Source: Octopus sinensis
Taxonomy: Eukaryota
Assembly: GCF_006345805.1 (NCBI RefSeq)
Contig: NW_021835667.1
Location: forward strand, 1-26,328
Direction: 5' to 3'
DNA: 26,328 nt
Shown one piece after another: positions 22,420 through 26,328 of this stretch. How positions within the stretch are numbered: the first letter of the stretch is position 1; every line of letters begins with the position of its first letter. A model generated the notes under the pieces. That model made no database searches and was not told the origin of the DNA. It worked only from the letters and a program-made list of their open reading frames with translations. The translations under genes and the position numbers were made by a program.

Positions 22420-22990
22420 TTAAATGATAGAGCTCTAAATCTGCTCTACTTCCATTCACCTTCAAAAGCAGGTTGAGCTGTTCCAGATGTGGCCCTTTGC
22501 CGTTTAAGGATAACGAGAAACGCTGTGGTAAGTCTGCTACCATCTCCGCAAATGCTTGCCTGGCGGTGCAGCCACCTCCTTCGCATATTTTGTCGTCGTC
22601 GTTGACTTTGTTGCTCTTGTTAATGTTGTTGCTATTTCTGTTCATCTTGTTGCTGCTGCTGTCGCTTTTCTTGTTGATGTTGTTGCTAGTGTCTTGGTAA
22701 AAAGCGTTGCTGATGTTCTCGTGCGTTTGTTAGTGATTCCAAGAAATTTTTCTACAACTGCATCCGTCGGTGGGCGTTAAAGAAACCTTGATCCCAACAA
22801 GAGACCAGAAGAAGAAAGCAAATAGAGTCTGCAACGGTTCCGGCTTTTGGTGCCTGATTTGTCAGCTTCTTTCTTGGAACAAAGAAGACCGGATTCTTAA
22901 TTAAAGTTTTGGCAAAAACTATCAAGAGTAAATTTATTGTTTTCGAGAAAGTTAAACAAATTCTCAGAAATCGATTTGTTGCGCGTCTGA
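22420..22990 (-). pseudogene. Decayed protein-coding-like frame of unknown family (possibly retroelement ORF1)
   Basis: One minus frame reads LFNFLENNKFTLDSFCQNFN*ESGLLCSKKEADK...GLLLGSRFL*RPPTDAVVEKFLGIT...(Thr-rich)...YAKEVAAPPGKHLRRW*QTYHSVSRYP*. It has protein-like composition with scattered stops, but I recognise no domain. Confidence 0.25.
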
Positions 22991-22994
22991 AGAA

Positions 22995-23180
22995 AATGAT
23001 GGTGGTGATGATGATGATGAGGAAGTGGAGGAGAAGGAGGAGGAGGAGGAGGGGGAAGAAGAAGAAGAAGAGAAGAAGAAGAAGAAGAAGAAGAAGAGAA
23101 GAAGAAGAAGAAGAAGAAGAAGAAGAAGAAGAAGAAGAAGAAGAAGAAGAATAAGAAGAAGAAGAAGAAGAAGAAGAAGT
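22995..23180. repeat. (GAT)/(GGA)/(GAA)n trinucleotide tract
   Basis: Direct reading. It explains the Glu/Arg and Ser/Leu homopolymer ORFs. Confidence 0.95.
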
Positions 23181-23553
23181 TTTACAAATGGATCGACTTG
23201 AACACAAAAACTCAAAAAAAGGGAAAAAGAAAAGCAAAAACTTCAACACCACCAGGTATTGTGTCTGCCATTTGCTGAACTGTAAGAAATTCTACTGCAA
23301 TCAATAACTTAACCCCAAAACATAACTGGTACTTACGTTATCAAGAATATATTGCAGTATTTTAATTCCTACCTCGGTACAAAACATTAGCTTTAGTGGG
23401 GGGGGATATAGTTTGTTAATTATACTGATTGATAAGTATCATGTTTTACTGAATCCAGAAAGATCAAAAGTAAAGTGAATTTGAAGGAGAATCGAACCCA
23501 GGGTCTCTTGGATTCACGTGGGACACAAATTCTGCGGAGAAAATACGGAATGT

Positions 23554-23640
23554 AAGGGAGACAACTCTGTAGCTACTACTTGCCTTACTTCAAGGGAGAC
23601 AACTCTGTGGCTTTTACTTGCCTTATATAAAGGGAGATAA
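23554..23640 (+). repeat. 37-38 bp tandem repeat, about 2.3 copies (AAGGGAGACAACTCTGT...TACTTGCCTTA)
   Basis: Units start at 23554, 23592 and 23629. Confidence 0.85.
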
Positions 23641-23680
23641 TTCAGTGGCGGCACCTTCAAGTGAGTGAAAATATTTTTAG

Positions 23681-23739
23681 TTCCTTACTACCCACAAGGA
23701 GCTAAACACAGTGGGGACAAACAAGGGCAAACAAAGGGG
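23681..23739 (-). mobile_element. SINE family A 3' fragment
   Basis: TTCCTTACTACCCACAAGGAGCTAAACACAGTGGGGACAAACAAGG is the reverse complement of the family A tail. Confidence 0.75.
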
Positions 23740-23867
23740 TGGAAATGTTGAAGTGGAAGCTTAAATAACTTCAGTATAAAACCGTTTCTGTTGTGACTTC
23801 AGTTTATCTCATTGTATTAAGATGAATGAATTGGAGAGAATCTAGCGATAGCTTTCGGGTTCCCTTT

Positions 23868-24131
23868 ATCTCTGTCTGTCTGTCTGTCTGTCTGTCTCTT
23901 TATATCTCTGTCTGTTTCGCTTTGTTTCTTTCTCTCTCTCTCTCTTCCCCTTGTTTCTCTGTTTCTTTCTCTTTGTTTTTCGTCTCCACTCTCTCTATGC
24001 TCTCTCTTCCACTCTTACTCTCTCTCTCTCTCTCTCTCTCTTGCCTTCTCTCTCTTGCTCTCTCTCTCTCTCTTTCTCTTTGTCTCTGTCACCCCATCTC
24101 TCTCTCTCCCTCTCCCTCTCTCTCTTTCTCT

Positions 24132-24169
<38 letters not shown>

Positions 24170-24170
24170 A
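23868..24170. repeat. (CTGT)n/(CT)n/(CA)n low-complexity tract
   Basis: Direct reading. Confidence 0.95.
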
Positions 24171-24310
24171 ACTTGTAAAAACTTACAGCAAAACGTTGGA
24201 AGAAGATGGCTGCTGTTAAACTAAATAATTACAAGTAATTTGATATCAGCGAAGTTAATGAAGTAAAATATGCTGTCAGTAGTTCCAGCGGGAATCGAAA
24301 CCGTGTAGAG

Positions 24311-24624
24311 CAGTGCTACTCAAAGTGGTGCTCTGCAGACCGGTGCCGGTCCACGAGCCATCAGCTGCCGGTATGCAGTAAGTTTCCAGAAAAGAAAGAA
24401 ACATTATAAAATTCTTATAAATCTCTTATAAAATATTGTATTATTTGTTTACACAATCAATATAAGATAAAAAAAAAGTTGTCTACTTTTATTATATTCA
24501 TTATTATATATATTGTTTCCGTTATTAATTAATCTTACAAAGAAATATTACCAGTTTCTGGCACATTGGAAAAATGAATAAATAAACTGCCGGTACACCA
24601 CATCTGATAGTTTGAGAAACACTG
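24311..24624 (+). mobile_element. Non-autonomous hAT (Charlie/Buster-type) MITE, 314 bp
   Basis: TIRs CAGTGCTACTCAAA (24311) and TTTGAGAAACACTG (ends 24624) match at 12 of 14. Flanks GTGTAGAG and GTGCAGGG match at 6 of 8, consistent with a decayed 8-bp NNNTANNN TSD. Confidence 0.8.
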
Positions 24625-25220
24625 GTGCAGGGAATTTGTCTTGGAGATGGACTAAACATCAACCTGGGCAACACGTCGCCAACTCTGACTCTTTCGGGTT
24701 ATTTCCCGTTATAAACTTCTCCCCCTTCACACAAGTTATTCCCCGCAGTTGTAAGTTATTTCCCTTACAACATCGAGTTTATTTTCCCGCAATAATATAA
24801 TCCGGATATATTCTTTAGCGAAGTTCATAGCCAAATCGTAGGAAACTATTATCAGAAGAACAGTCTTCTGCTATTCGGCGTCCACATGACATCACCATCC
24901 ACTTTTTTCTTATTTTTATTGTCCTAAAATTTTCGTTGTGCCTTGCAACCTTTTCAATAGGTTTGAAAACTATTGAAAAGGCTGCAAGACGCAACGAAAA
25001 TGCGTCCATTCTGTATTTGATGTAATTTTAATCTTCCACGTAAAAATTTAGATTCAGATGTATTTATTGCAAGAAATAGTTACTAACGCTTTACATTCTT
25101 CAAAATGCTTCCGATCATCGAAAGGTTCTCTGAGAGAGTTATTTGGCAAAATTAGCACAAACGAAAGGGTGTCTACCAGAAAAAAACGAGGAGTCGAAAG
25201 GGTCATTGTTTTAAAAAAAT

Positions 25221-25235
25221 GGTTGAGAACCACTG
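25221..25235. mobile_element. Solo Charlie-type hAT terminal inverted repeat
   Basis: GGTTGAGAACCACTG (reverse complement CAGTGGTTCTCAACC) is followed by ATCTAGAA (NNNTANNN). The partner end was not found. Confidence 0.55.
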
Positions 25236-25710
25236 ATCTAGAAACATTCTCCATTATGTCCATCTCTCTTTAAATGATGTTAGTGTATGAATTGAGGGAG
25301 ATTTCACTATTACCTCTAGCATATAAGAGGTTCAATTGTTGCCTTTCTACGTCTGACATGAATCTTGGACCCGATTACTTAAGACAGCGGACTCCATATG
25401 GAAAGAAAATGTAAAATCAAGGGAGGTAATCCTTAATGGCTTATGAAAGTTTTCTGATTAGAGTTATTTCCCTTGACTTATTTTTTTCATCTTTCCCTTG
25501 CACTGCCAGTTTTTTGCCCTTTTTTTACTTTATTGCTGTTCCCTTTGCATGCGAGAGATCGGGTTCAATACTTTTAATTGAAGCACCAACTTTTATTTCT
25601 ATCACCAACAACGATTATGAACTGGATCGATATAAACGACCTGACTTACAGCGCCACCACTGCCGGTTTTACGCTCACCTTGAAGGCCACGTCAGCGGAT
25701 TTGTCGCGTC

Positions 25711-25785
25711 GAGTTCGATTCGTGCCAAGATCAAAATTATCCTTTCGGGGTCGATAAGTAAATTTCTAGTCCCAGTTACTGGAGA
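25711..25785 (+). mobile_element. SINE family A-related fragment
   Basis: GAGTTCGATTC B-box and ATCCTTTCGGGGTCGATAA, shared with 3876-4108. Confidence 0.55.
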
Positions 25786-25943
25786 AACAGAATTATGAGA
25801 GAGTCCGGCGACATATGTTGTCTGGTTTATTTTGTCTCTAGGTGTTCGGTGTTCAAATGGAGGTTTCTCGAGGGTTTTTGATCGTTTGAGATTTTTGAAG
25901 TTTCCTAGTTAAAGATTATTGGTAGTAAGTGTGTAAGTAATTG

Positions 25944-25978
25944 ATGATGATGACGACGACGACGACGATGATGATGAC

Positions 25979-26025
<47 letters not shown>

Positions 26026-26073
26026 CCACGACGATGACGTCGATGATGATGATGATGGTGATGATGATGATGT

Positions 26074-26109
<36 letters not shown>

Positions 26110-26139
26110 CTACGACGACGACGTCGATGATGATGATGG

Positions 26140-26178
<39 letters not shown>

Positions 26179-26211
26179 CGACGACGATGACGTCGATGAT
26201 GATGATGATGG

Positions 26212-26247
<36 letters not shown>

Positions 26248-26328
26248 CGATGACGTCGATGATGATGATGATGGTGGGATATGATGATATGATGATGATG
26301 ATGATGATGATGATGACGATGATGATGA
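25944..26328. repeat. Imperfect (GAT)n tract with higher-order unit; runs off the window
   Basis: GACGTC(GAT)n-GGT variant blocks recur at 26036, 26120, 26189 and 26252. Confidence 0.95.

Noticed and set aside
23554-23640. CRISPR-like appearance of the 37-38 bp periodic repeat
   Set aside because: The units are whole-length tandem copies with no unique spacers, in a eukaryotic context with no cas genes.
22752-24224. Ser/Leu/Glu/Arg homopolymer ORFs (22752..23252, 22909..23154, 22964..23215, 23826..24224)
   Set aside because: They are products of (GAA)n and (CT)n microsatellites.

Overview
AT-rich, microsatellite-dense eukaryotic DNA, most likely an octopus/coleoid cephalopod genome. That assignment is inferred from the tRNA-derived SINE families and repeat density, not from a search. 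I find no intact host protein-coding gene. Almost all long ORFs in the supplied track are translations of simple repeats. The window is mostly decayed mobile elements: two mariner remnants, a Tc1-like element with DD36E spacing, a ZMYM1-like/DUF4371 hAT remnant, a Charlie-type hAT MITE, CR1-, RTE- and R4/NeSL-like LINE fragments, two Penelope-like fragments (one GIY-YIG-bearing, with 86-bp inverted ends) and at least three SINE families. The best leads are (i) a gap-free 34-bp pre-miRNA-like hairpin in apparently unique sequence at 13458-13538, (ii) two degenerate type I hammerhead ribozyme motifs at 2819-2899 and 19602-19640, (iii) the DD36E (Incomer-like) Tc1 element, (iv) a near-identical, order-permuted duplication around a pure 946-bp (GT)n tract, which may be an assembly artefact, and (v) oriented clusters of an AAGGGARAYAACT motif at 23.5-25.5 kb. 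None of these is by itself a demonstrated new biological system. All protein and RNA family assignments come from manual motif recognition without database searches or folding software.
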